DNA of 38,730 nt from an uncultured Candidatus Bathyarchaeia archaeon (GCA_964347405.1 CAYFYM010000055.1:1-38730); one strand, 5' to 3'; positions 25,449 through 33,496 are shown, counted from the stretch's first letter. Numbers and translations: made by a program. Notes: generated by a model from the letters alone, not told the origin.

Positions 25449-26570
25449 TTACTCTGCTCTCACTATGGCCGCTATGGGGCCTCCCCCGGGGGGGCCTTGG
25501 TGCTCCGAGCCGCCTGACACGTAGACCATGGGGTCGCCCGTTATCGAGCTCACCACGGCTCCCACCACCGCCCGCGCGTGGCGCGTAGCCGGGAGCATGG
25601 AGTCCGTCAGCATGGTGTGTCTTCTGCCCCTCACCTCCCCGTCGGGGGAGGCGTCGCACTTGGCGAAGACGTTCACGATCCTCGATCTCTGTTCCTCGCT
25701 AGGCTGGCACTCGTACTCGAGTCCCGCGTCTCTGAGCGCGTCGTGGACGGCTCCCGCGTCTATGCCGTCCTTCATGACGCTGTGCCCTATTCTAAGCTTG
25801 CTCACCGACTCGCTGGAGTTGCCCAGGACGACTATCTCGCAGGCGTCGAGCTCGACGCCGGCCGAGGTTGAAGCAACGCTGCTGTAGACGCCTCTCATCT
25901 TGTAGATTACGTCGTCGCCGAGCTCCGTCTCCTCCACCTCCCCCAGGGCCAGGGCGACGCCGAGGGCCGACGCCCCCCTGCTATAGCCCATGGACTTGAG
26001 GGTGTCGTCGGTGGCCACGGTCTCGCCCCTGTCCCGGGCGTCCTTTATCTTGGCGGACGTCAGCAGGGGGCATTTTATCTGGACGAAGTGCACGTCGGAG
26101 GGGCTGCCTATGCGGGCGTCGTCCATGGCCGTCTTGACCTTCTCGGCGACCTCCCTCACCATGGGCATGCGGCCTATCTCTTCGGGCTTGAACCTCCTCG
26201 TCAGGCTGATACCGATGGCCAGGCGTTTACCCTTCCCGGGGGCACCCTCGGCCTCTTTCCTCGTGAAGACCGTGAAGTGGGGGGAGAGCACTCCCTCCGT
26301 CCCGCCGGACATCACCAGGCTCACCCTCTCATCGACCTCCTCCAATGGTATCTTCATCTTCTCGCTCAGCAGGACCTTGCACGCCAGATCCGCCTGGCCC
26401 CTGCTGTAGTCGTTGACGAGGCCGTTGCCCTCGGTCTTGCCGATTATCGCCACTATCTCAGTTGGAGCCACCGCCCCGCTGTCGATCAGCTCCTCTATGC
26501 CTGAGACATCCCCAGGCCCCTCCATCCCCATCTTGTAAACGTTCGAGTCGATCAATCTATTCACCTTCAT
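25449..26570 (-). CDS. Ring-opening amidohydrolase of the AtzD (cyanuric acid hydrolase) / barbiturase family
   Basis: 373 aa, collinear with AtzD as I remember it. Motifs: IIGKTEGNGLVNDY, VMSGGTEGVLSPH, HFVQIKCPLLT, MGYSRGASALGVALA, VNVFAKCDASPDG, VYVSGGSEHQGPPGGGP. Confidence 0.88.
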   Translation of the reverse strand: MKVNRLIDSNVYKMGMEGPGDVSGIEELIDSGAVAPTEIVAIIGKTEGNGLVNDYSRGQADLACKVLLSEKMKIPLEEVDERVSLVMSGGTEGVLSPHFTVFTRKEAEGAPGKGKRLAIGISLTRRFKPEEIGRMPMVREVAEKVKTAMDDARIGSPSDVHFVQIKCPLLTSAKIKDARDRGETVATDDTLKSMGYSRGASALGVALALGEVEETELGDDVIYKMRGVYSSVASTSAGVELDACEIVVLGNSSESVSKLRIGHSVMKDGIDAGAVHDALRDAGLEYECQPSEEQRSRIVNVFAKCDASPDGEVRGRRHTMLTDSMLPATRHARAVVGAVVSSITGDPMVYVSGGSEHQGPPGGGPIAAIVRAE

Positions 26571-27813
26571 ATTTATCCGAGAAAGCCTTCAAAGCCTTCC
26601 TGAAGCACTCCATGGGGGCCCGCACCACTCCGGCGCCTATCTGGCCCACCCCGGGCTCCCTGTGGGCTATACCCGTGTTGATCAACGGGGCCACGCCTTT
26701 CCGCAGAACCTTCCGCAGGTCGATCCCCACGGGGACGCCTCTGAAGTCCAGCTGGGGTATGGTTAGGTTGGGGTCGTCTCCCTGGGTTATCTCGTACATC
26801 TCCCGGGTGTAGTTCAGCGCGTCGCCGGGGATCCCTCCGACGAACTGCACTATGGAGGGGCTGGCCGCCATGGCGAAGCCGCCCACCCCCCGGGTCTCCG
26901 AGATGCTGCTGTCGCCGAGGTCAAGCGCCGCGTCGCTTTTGCTGTACCCCGAGAAGTAGAGTCCGTCCACCTCCGGAGCCTCCGCCGTGTACCACTCGTC
27001 TCCCGTGGCGCTGATCCTTATCCCGAACTCGGTGCCGTTTCGGCTCATGGCCGATGTGATGGTGCAGTGCTCTATGCCTATTATCGAGTCCATGGCGGCC
27101 TTGCTGTTGGCCATGCTGAAGTTGAGGTAGAAGTGCTCGTTTTCCGAGATGAACCCGTAGACCTCCCCCAGCGTCCTCCTGTCGGTGTCGGAGTCGATCA
27201 TCCTGTTGGTCAGTTCTTTCAGCAGGAGGAGCGAGGCGGCCACGTTCCTGTTGTGGACCTCGTCGTTCATGTGGAGAGCCTTGGCGGTGATGGCGTTCAG
27301 ATCGATGGGCTCCGCCTCCCCGGCGACGACTTTAAGCGTCGGGTACAGCGTGTCCTCCATCCACTTCAGCCTCTGGATGACCTCGTCGCTGTACGCCCCG
27401 AACCTCAGAACCTTTCCCAGTCCCTCGTTCAGGTTCGAGTAGGCCCTGTTGCCTCCCTCCATGTTCTCGACGACCATGACTGGCATCGAGGGGCTGATGA
27501 CCCCCGCCATGGGTCCAACGCACCCGTGGTCGTGGCAGGGGCTGAGCACGATGTCCCCGCGCTCGGCCAGCTTCATCGCCTCCTCCGGGTCGTCCGCCAG
27601 TCCCTCGTAGATGATGGCCCCCGTGACGGCGCCTCTCTGGGGGCCGGACATTCTCTCCCACGTCACGGGGGGGCCGGCGTGTAGGAAGGTCTCGTCGTCC
27701 ATGCCGGGGACTGCCGTCTTCGCCAAGCTGAAGCCGGTCAGCATGGGTCTGGCGGATGTGACCCGTTTGAAGGCTTCTTCGTTGGCTTCCGATATGAGAT
27801 CCCTTAAACCCAA
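26557..27813 (-). CDS. DUF1116 (YlbE-like) protein
   Basis: 418 aa, TTG start. FLHAGPP, GPMAGVISPSMPVMVVEN, NEGLGKVLRFGAY and INTGIAHREPGVGQIGAGVVRAPMECF match E. coli YlbE from memory. Confidence 0.85.
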   Translation of the reverse strand: MGLRDLISEANEEAFKRVTSARPMLTGFSLAKTAVPGMDDETFLHAGPPVTWERMSGPQRGAVTGAIIYEGLADDPEEAMKLAERGDIVLSPCHDHGCVGPMAGVISPSMPVMVVENMEGGNRAYSNLNEGLGKVLRFGAYSDEVIQRLKWMEDTLYPTLKVVAGEAEPIDLNAITAKALHMNDEVHNRNVAASLLLLKELTNRMIDSDTDRRTLGEVYGFISENEHFYLNFSMANSKAAMDSIIGIEHCTITSAMSRNGTEFGIRISATGDEWYTAEAPEVDGLYFSGYSKSDAALDLGDSSISETRGVGGFAMAASPSIVQFVGGIPGDALNYTREMYEITQGDDPNLTIPQLDFRGVPVGIDLRKVLRKGVAPLINTGIAHREPGVGQIGAGVVRAPMECFRKALKAFSDKYEGE

Positions 27814-27835
27814 TGCAGTTAAGCCATGGAAGCCG

Positions 27836-27889
27836 TTCTTTAAATACGTTAAAACCTGGCTTTCACCTTTAAAAGCAATCGTTCCTAAG
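27836..27889. promoter_or_regulatory. Divergent promoter region. Minus-strand TATA box (TATTTAAAG, 27838-27846). Plus-strand TATA box (TTTAAAAG, 27868-27875) with candidate operator AATCGTTCCTAAG (27877-27889).
   Basis: The TATA boxes sit 24 nt from TTG 27813 and 30 nt from ATG 27906. The 41 nt from 27868 to 27908 align position by position with 8124-8164. Confidence 0.6.
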
Positions 27890-27905
27890 CTTTTATTGAA
27901 TCGAA

Positions 27906-29183
27906 ATGAATGGGATATTAACGGTCATCCCCCTTGTGGTGATACTGGTCCTAGTGCTGCCGCCCTTCCGTCTGCACATGATGATCGCCGGCCTCGTAGG
28001 CGCGGCGGTAGCTATACTGATAGGGGGCATACCCCTCGGTGACATCACCGGGCTCTACCTGAGCGGCCTGGGCCAGATAATGGGGATAACCTCGGTCATG
28101 ATCCTCGCGGCCGCTGCCAAGCTGCTTGCCGAGATGGGGGCCATAAAGAGCATAGTTAACCTCACCTCTCTGATTTTCAAGGAGAGGCTGTACCTGGCCG
28201 CCGGGTTGATCGTCTTGATCCAGGCGGGCGCGGTTTACGCCGCCGGCCTGGGGGCCGGGAACACCATCGTTACGGCGCCCATGGTCAACAGCCTGATGGG
28301 CTTCGTGCCCGAGGTGGTCGCCGCCATGAGCATAGTGTCTCCTACGTCGTGGGCCACCTCGCCGTCGTCGGCCGAGAGCGCCTACGTTTCAAGCCAGTGG
28401 GGCGTAGACGTGGAGACCTACGCGTCCCACATGAGGCCCTACGTCTACGCTATGTGGGGGCTGGCGACGATCCTAGCGATAGTCGGCACCTACAGGAGGG
28501 GGGTGAAGGTCGAGATCGAGGAGGAGGTGCTGGAGACCCCGTTATCGACTCACCTGGTTAGATCCACGCCGTTCATGTTGTTCCTGCTGCTCATACTCGT
28601 GGGGCCGTGGATCAACTCCGTCGTGGGGACCAGCCTCTCTACACCGATCACCAACGTGCTAGTGGTGGTCATCCTGGCTCAGGCCATCTTCTGGGACAGG
28701 AAGAAGAGCTGGAACGAGAACCTCAGCGAGACGGGTCGGCTATTCGTAAAGTCCTCGGCGCCCATACTGAACTACCTGTTCCTGGCTGGCAGCTTCCTAG
28801 GGTTCATCAAGATGCTTGAGGCGATAGGCACGTTTGAGACCCTGGCCGGGTACGTCGAGTTCGCGCCGCCCTGGGCGCTCTTGCTGGCGGCCGTCGTGAT
28901 AGGGTTCATCGTGGCCATCCCGGCGGGGGCCTACACCGTCGCCACCGACATACTCATCATCCCCACCCTGGCCCTGGCGGGCGTCGAGGGATCGACCTTC
29001 GGCTTCGTCGCCATGGCCGTGGCCTACGGCGCCATGATAAGCCCAGTCCAGATCAACGTCGCCGCGACCGCCGAGGGATTCGGCGTGGAAATCCCCGAGG
29101 TCATCAGCAACAACACGCCTTACATGCCCCTGGCGCTGCTAGCGTTGATAGTGCTGCTCGCCGTCTCGGGGGTCCTCTTCTAA
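27906..29183 (+). CDS. Polytopic membrane permease, family not recognised
   Basis: 425 aa, about 11-12 hydrophobic segments, Gly/Ala-rich helices. Its stop lies 4 nt before the next start. Confidence 0.6.
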   Translation: MNGILTVIPLVVILVLVLPPFRLHMMIAGLVGAAVAILIGGIPLGDITGLYLSGLGQIMGITSVMILAAAAKLLAEMGAIKSIVNLTSLIFKERLYLAAGLIVLIQAGAVYAAGLGAGNTIVTAPMVNSLMGFVPEVVAAMSIVSPTSWATSPSSAESAYVSSQWGVDVETYASHMRPYVYAMWGLATILAIVGTYRRGVKVEIEEEVLETPLSTHLVRSTPFMLFLLLILVGPWINSVVGTSLSTPITNVLVVVILAQAIFWDRKKSWNENLSETGRLFVKSSAPILNYLFLAGSFLGFIKMLEAIGTFETLAGYVEFAPPWALLLAAVVIGFIVAIPAGAYTVATDILIIPTLALAGVEGSTFGFVAMAVAYGAMISPVQINVAATAEGFGVEIPEVISNNTPYMPLALLALIVLLAVSGVLF

Positions 29184-29187
29184 CCCC

Positions 29188-30414
29188 ATGTCGTTGACGA
29201 TAATCAATGCAAGGCTGGGCTCCTCCGAGGAGACGTACAGCATAGAGATCAGGGGCGGTGTCATCGAGGATATAGTCCTCGGGGCTTCGGGGGGCGACGA
29301 ACTCATCGACGCCGGGGGGAGGCTGGTCTCCCCGGGGCTGGTGGATCCCCACATGCATCTCGACAAGGCGTTTCTCTCGGAGCGCTACGCGAACAGGACG
29401 GGCACCCTGGAGGAGGCCATAAGGGTGATGGGCGAGGCCAAGAGGAGGTTCACCGTGGAGTCCGTGGCGCAGCGAGCCGGGAGGCTGGTGGAGATGGCGT
29501 CGGCCCACGGGACCACGCTGATACGGACGCACGTGGACGTGGACACCATCGTTGGCTTGACGGGGCTAGAGGCCCTGCTGGGGGTCAGGGAGGCCTACAG
29601 GGGCCGCGTCGATCTGCAGATAGTCGCCTTCCCGCAAGAGGGGTTGGAGCAGGAGGGGGCGGTCTCCCTGCTCGAGGACGCCCTAGAGATGGGCGCCGAC
29701 GCGGTGGGGGGCATACCTGCCCTGGACGAGGACCCGGAGGTCCACATAGACACAGTTTTCGAGCTCAGCGGCAGGCACTCGGTTGACGTGGACATGCACA
29801 TAGACGAGTCGGAGTCCCCGGATGACCTGACCCTCGAATACTACGCGGACAAGGCGTCAAGCGTCCACGGCGACGCCAGGATGGTCACCAGCCACTGCAG
29901 CTCGTTATCCGTAGTCGAGGACGAGAAGGCCGCCCAGGTCATCGATAAGGTACGTGAAGCAGGGATAGGCGTGGTGACGCTGCCTTCAACGAACCTGTAC
30001 CTGCTGGGGAGGAACGGCTACCCCAAGACGAGGGGGCTCACCCGGGTCAGACAGCTCCTCGACGCGGGCGTCCAGGTGCTCTATGGCTCCGACAACGTCC
30101 GCGACCCCTTCAACCCCTTCGGTAACGCGAACCTCCTGGAGATAGGATGCATACTGGCGCACGCCGACCACATGGGCGGCGGCGAGGAGTTGCGGCGGGT
30201 GTTCAGCATGGCCTCGGAGAGACCCAAGACGCTCCTGAGGGACGACCGCGGCCTGTTCGTAGGCTCCAGAGCCGACTTGGTGGTGCACGACGCCCTCGAC
30301 CCCATCGACGCCGTCGTGTCCCACAGGCGGCCCCTCTGCGTCATCAAAGACGGATCCATAGTGTCCCTGGACGGGCGTCAGGCGCCTGAGCCTGTTATGA
30401 AGTCATCGAAGTAG
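29188..30414 (+). CDS. CodA-family amidohydrolase (cytosine deaminase / AtzC / creatinine deaminase-type)
   Basis: 408 aa, collinear with E. coli CodA from memory. Motifs: PGLVDPHMHLDKA, IRTHVDVD, DLQIVAFPQEG, DVDMHIDE, VTSHC, YPKTRGLTRV, GSDNVRDPFNPFG. Confidence 0.88.
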   Translation: MSLTIINARLGSSEETYSIEIRGGVIEDIVLGASGGDELIDAGGRLVSPGLVDPHMHLDKAFLSERYANRTGTLEEAIRVMGEAKRRFTVESVAQRAGRLVEMASAHGTTLIRTHVDVDTIVGLTGLEALLGVREAYRGRVDLQIVAFPQEGLEQEGAVSLLEDALEMGADAVGGIPALDEDPEVHIDTVFELSGRHSVDVDMHIDESESPDDLTLEYYADKASSVHGDARMVTSHCSSLSVVEDEKAAQVIDKVREAGIGVVTLPSTNLYLLGRNGYPKTRGLTRVRQLLDAGVQVLYGSDNVRDPFNPFGNANLLEIGCILAHADHMGGGEELRRVFSMASERPKTLLRDDRGLFVGSRADLVVHDALDPIDAVVSHRRPLCVIKDGSIVSLDGRQAPEPVMKSSK

Positions 30415-31871
30415 GGCACCTTTACCGGCACGGCGAACTTGGTGAAGATGCTGGTTATTATGGCCTCCCCGATGTCTAGGCTCGATATGTTGTGCTGCTC
30501 GCTGGAGAGGTCCTGGGAGCTGCTGTCGATGAGGGTTTCCGTCTCAGACTTTAGCTCGTTTCCGAGGATGATCTTGGTGCACAGGTTCGTCAGTATGGGC
30601 TTGGGGATGACGCTGGTTAGCTGGGTGACCGCCAGCAGCCCTATGTTGAACTTCCTCCCCTCCCTCGCGATGAGGCTGTATATGCTCTCTCCCTTGGTCC
30701 TTATGGTCTCGGCGGCCAGCGCCCTGGGGGCCTCCTCTATAACGATCGTTATGGTGGGGAGGTTATCCAGCGAGCCCTCGGCCTTGCTGCACAGGTACCT
30801 CTCGAAGACGGTGTGGGCGATCATGCTGCCTATCAACAGCTCGGCCTCGTCCACGAGCCGGATGGTGTCCACTATGACCGTCTTCCCGTCGATGAGGTCG
30901 TCTATCATCTGGTCGAGGGTATCCAGCCCGCTTTCCTGGCTGAATATCTGGCTGTGGCAGCGTATCACGCTCCCCGTGTCGAGGTATATCCCCAGCAGGG
31001 ACTCGAGTTTCCTCTTTATAGAGGCGAAGTGTCTCCCCTCGGTCTCCTCGTACTCGCCCCTCACGATGCCCTCGATCCACTCGTCCCCATTCCTGCCGTG
31101 GTAGCTCTTTATGACGCTCATCTCCGTCTCGGTCAGGCTCACAACACCCTCGAGGTGGCTGGGCTTGATGGATCTGAGGTTGATCACGAGCCCCTTCCCC
31201 CCGTCCGCCTGCACAGGGCTGTAGTACACCAGCCTCTCGTCCGAGCGGGGGTGGTTTTTCAGCCCCGCGCCGTGTCTCCCATAGTACTCGTCGTGGGGGT
31301 CCAGCACCAGGCACCCGTAGGAGCCCTCCTTCAGGCCCATGATCCCCCAGAGCAGGACCTTAACGAGGTTGCTCTTCCCGCGGCCGGTCATGGCGGGCAC
31401 AAGTATGTGGTGGGGCAGCAGGTCATCGGCGTCGAGATAGACCCCCACGTCGAGTACCTTGGAGCCGCTTCTCACGTAGCCTAGGAAGAGGGGGTTCTCG
31501 GGCTTCGAGAGAAAAAAGAGGTCCCTGGAGGTCATGCCTCGCACCATGGAGAACATCTGGGGCAGGGCCTTCGCAGACACCAGCTTACCCTCCTCGTCTA
31601 CGGTGGCTATCTCCTTGGCTACGGCGATGACGTACTCTCTCCCCTTCGAGAAGTAGTTCTGGATCTTTTCCCCTTGGAGGCCAATCTCCGCTATGAACTC
31701 CCTGGACTCGGCGGATATCTGACTGCCGAACCTCAGATCGTACACCTGAAGAAGCAGCGATTGATCTTCGCCCTCTACGACGAGGAGCTCACCAAGCTCC
31801 AGCTTCACATCGTTCCGGGCCCTGATCAGGAGGGCTCCGTACTCCCCGCCTGTGATGATCCCTCGCTCCAA
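30378..31871 (-). CDS. HerA/DUF87-type P-loop ATPase (FtsK-HerA superfamily)
   Basis: Walker A PAMTGRGKSNLVK, Walker B ITIVIEEAPR, and EGRKFNIGLLAVTQ. The track start 31919 lies inside the AT-rich promoter. TTG 31871 lies 21 nt after TTTATATTATATTAAA (31893-31908). The 3' end overlaps the convergent CodA-family gene by 37 nt. Confidence 0.8.
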   Translation of the reverse strand: MERGIITGGEYGALLIRARNDVKLELGELLVVEGEDQSLLLQVYDLRFGSQISAESREFIAEIGLQGEKIQNYFSKGREYVIAVAKEIATVDEEGKLVSAKALPQMFSMVRGMTSRDLFFLSKPENPLFLGYVRSGSKVLDVGVYLDADDLLPHHILVPAMTGRGKSNLVKVLLWGIMGLKEGSYGCLVLDPHDEYYGRHGAGLKNHPRSDERLVYYSPVQADGGKGLVINLRSIKPSHLEGVVSLTETEMSVIKSYHGRNGDEWIEGIVRGEYEETEGRHFASIKRKLESLLGIYLDTGSVIRCHSQIFSQESGLDTLDQMIDDLIDGKTVIVDTIRLVDEAELLIGSMIAHTVFERYLCSKAEGSLDNLPTITIVIEEAPRALAAETIRTKGESIYSLIAREGRKFNIGLLAVTQLTSVIPKPILTNLCTKIILGNELKSETETLIDSSSQDLSSEQHNISSLDIGEAIITSIFTKFAVPVKVPYFDDFITGSGA

Positions 31872-31920
31872 ACTGCTCGGATATACACCCGATTTAATAT
31901 AATATAAACAGAAAAACACT

Positions 31921-32226
31921 GGTGTAGAAAACCACGGCGTCCACCCTGACGCTAATGTTGTCCTTCGTGATGGCTTCCTGCGTCGGGATGTCCATGGTCC
32001 TCACCCTCTTGTCTAGGGAGGTCGCCTTCTCGATCACGGGGATCGTGAGGTAGAGCCCGGCTTTCTGGAGCCTGTTGTATTTACCCAGTCTCAGAACGAT
32101 CGACTCATCCCACTCGTTGTTGACGTGGATCGAGGCTGCCAATAACCCGATGACGATGACGACAAGGGCCCCGATAACTGCTATATTTACCATTATATCT
32201 CGGTTAACTATTCCCCAGCGAAACAT
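31921..32226 (-). pseudogene. Truncated stomatin/SPFH (band 7) gene: N-terminal TM helix plus the first ~70 residues of the SPFH domain only
   Basis: ..NEWDESIVLRLGKYNRLQKAGLYLTIPVIEKATSLDKRVRTMDIPTQEAITKDNISVRVDAVVFY matches archaeal stomatins. Homology stops at about 31921 and a stop follows 9 codons later. The likely true start is ATG 32193, preceded by a TTTAAATG box. Confidence 0.7.
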
Positions 32227-32495
32227 TTAAAGTTGAGTCACAGTGTGGGCGCTGGGAATACGCCTGTTTCACATGGTTTGATGCACTGGAGTGTGCTAGG
32301 TGGGCTGTTAGTTTTCCATTAACTCTTCTTCGCCGTAAAACCCAAAGTAGAAGCCGGCGTTCAACGCAACAAGTAGAGCCCCTGAGAGGAAAGACGGGGT
32401 CATTTAGAGGGACTCGAACATGTACCCTGACACATGACGATGATTTGTACGAGTGGTAATCAGGTATATATCGCATGGTATGTTTTGTTTCCTGA

Positions 32496-32882
32496 ATGCC
32501 ACCCGACTCCATAGTGAAGGCCAGAGATCACCTGACCACTTTAGAGAGCGAGTACCCTGGCATAGAGATACCTTTCTACATGTTCCGTGAATGGTACGGA
32601 GCCGAGCAGAAAATCTTCTTCGACTGCGAAAACGGTGACCTTGAAGCCTGTCTAGATGAGAGACTTGGCTTCAAGCAGTTCCCTTATTTTCGAGTCTTCT
32701 TCATCGTGAAAAGCGAGGAAGGCTACACCGTGAAGGCCATCAGCTACCCCAACATAGGGAAACGCAGCCTGGAGTCCTGGGTGCCAAGGTTCGAGAAAAA
32801 CCTCAAGCCATCCACACTCATGTCGCTGAGCGCTTCCGGCTCGGAGCTTGTAGACGAGTTAGGGTTCAGCTACAGGACCTGA
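32496..32882 (+). CDS. Hypothetical protein (128 aa)
   Basis: ATG lies 23-26 nt after aGGTATATAT (32462-32471). Coding-like composition. No family recognised. Confidence 0.45.
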   Translation: MPPDSIVKARDHLTTLESEYPGIEIPFYMFREWYGAEQKIFFDCENGDLEACLDERLGFKQFPYFRVFFIVKSEEGYTVKAISYPNIGKRSLESWVPRFEKNLKPSTLMSLSASGSELVDELGFSYRT

Positions 32883-32960
32883 TTACAGGCTAGTGGGCAC
32901 GATCATAGACAATGCCGTGATGTGGGTGCCGAGATCAAGCCTTCACTGCACAGTTGATGG

Positions 32961-33168
32961 TCATGACTCCACGAATATCATCGATACGGGGCAAAGGTCC
33001 TCCGCCGTATGGGCGCAGCCCTCCAGCGAGCCATCAAACATTCCTCTGGTTATATCGCCGTCCACTCTGTGAGTCCCTTTTATCTGAGACTTGCCATCAT
33101 CCTCACTGGCCTCGAATGTTTCCGGGCAGTCGGTGTGACAGTTACAGCATATTATGCAGTTCTCTCAT
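32961..33168 (-). pseudogene. Small single-cluster-type ferredoxin-like ORF without an in-frame start codon
   Basis: My reverse-strand translation gives ENCIICCNCHTDCPETFEASEDDGKSQIKG...GCAHTAEDLCPVSMIFVES-stop. This frame is preceded by TGA. The only nearby ATG (33168) is in another frame and reaches a stop after 8 codons. Confidence 0.4.
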
Positions 33169-33496
33169 GCCACAACCATATTCAACTAAATCCAAACAAG
33201 CCCAACATACTTTAGCACAGCAAACACCGCCCCCCCCAAAAAAAAAACGCTTATAGTCAGTAGCCGACTACGAGTGAGACATCGACTCGCGTAAACCCTC
33301 ACCGTGTGGTGGACTGGGGGTATCCGCCTAAAATTTTAATCTAAACGTACCAGTATAGCGTAATGATTTAAACAGAATATAATGGCTTCTTTTTTTTGAT
33401 AAGAACCTTTTTTATTGTTTATAATTCACATTTTTTATTATTTTATTCCATTTAAGGTTGTGTTCGCTCACAGTAATTTTTTAAATTCTGTACTAA

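Noticed and set aside
32227-32495. Possible tRNA or att site in the 270-bp spacer. The string gagggactcgaacatgtaccc looked like a reverse-strand T-arm/acceptor.
   Set aside because: I could not build a cloverleaf. The putative T-stem halves (gggac / gtacc) are not complementary, and there is no matching acceptor or anticodon stem. The track ORF 32204-32512 on the minus strand is also rejected as a shadow ORF spanning two promoters.
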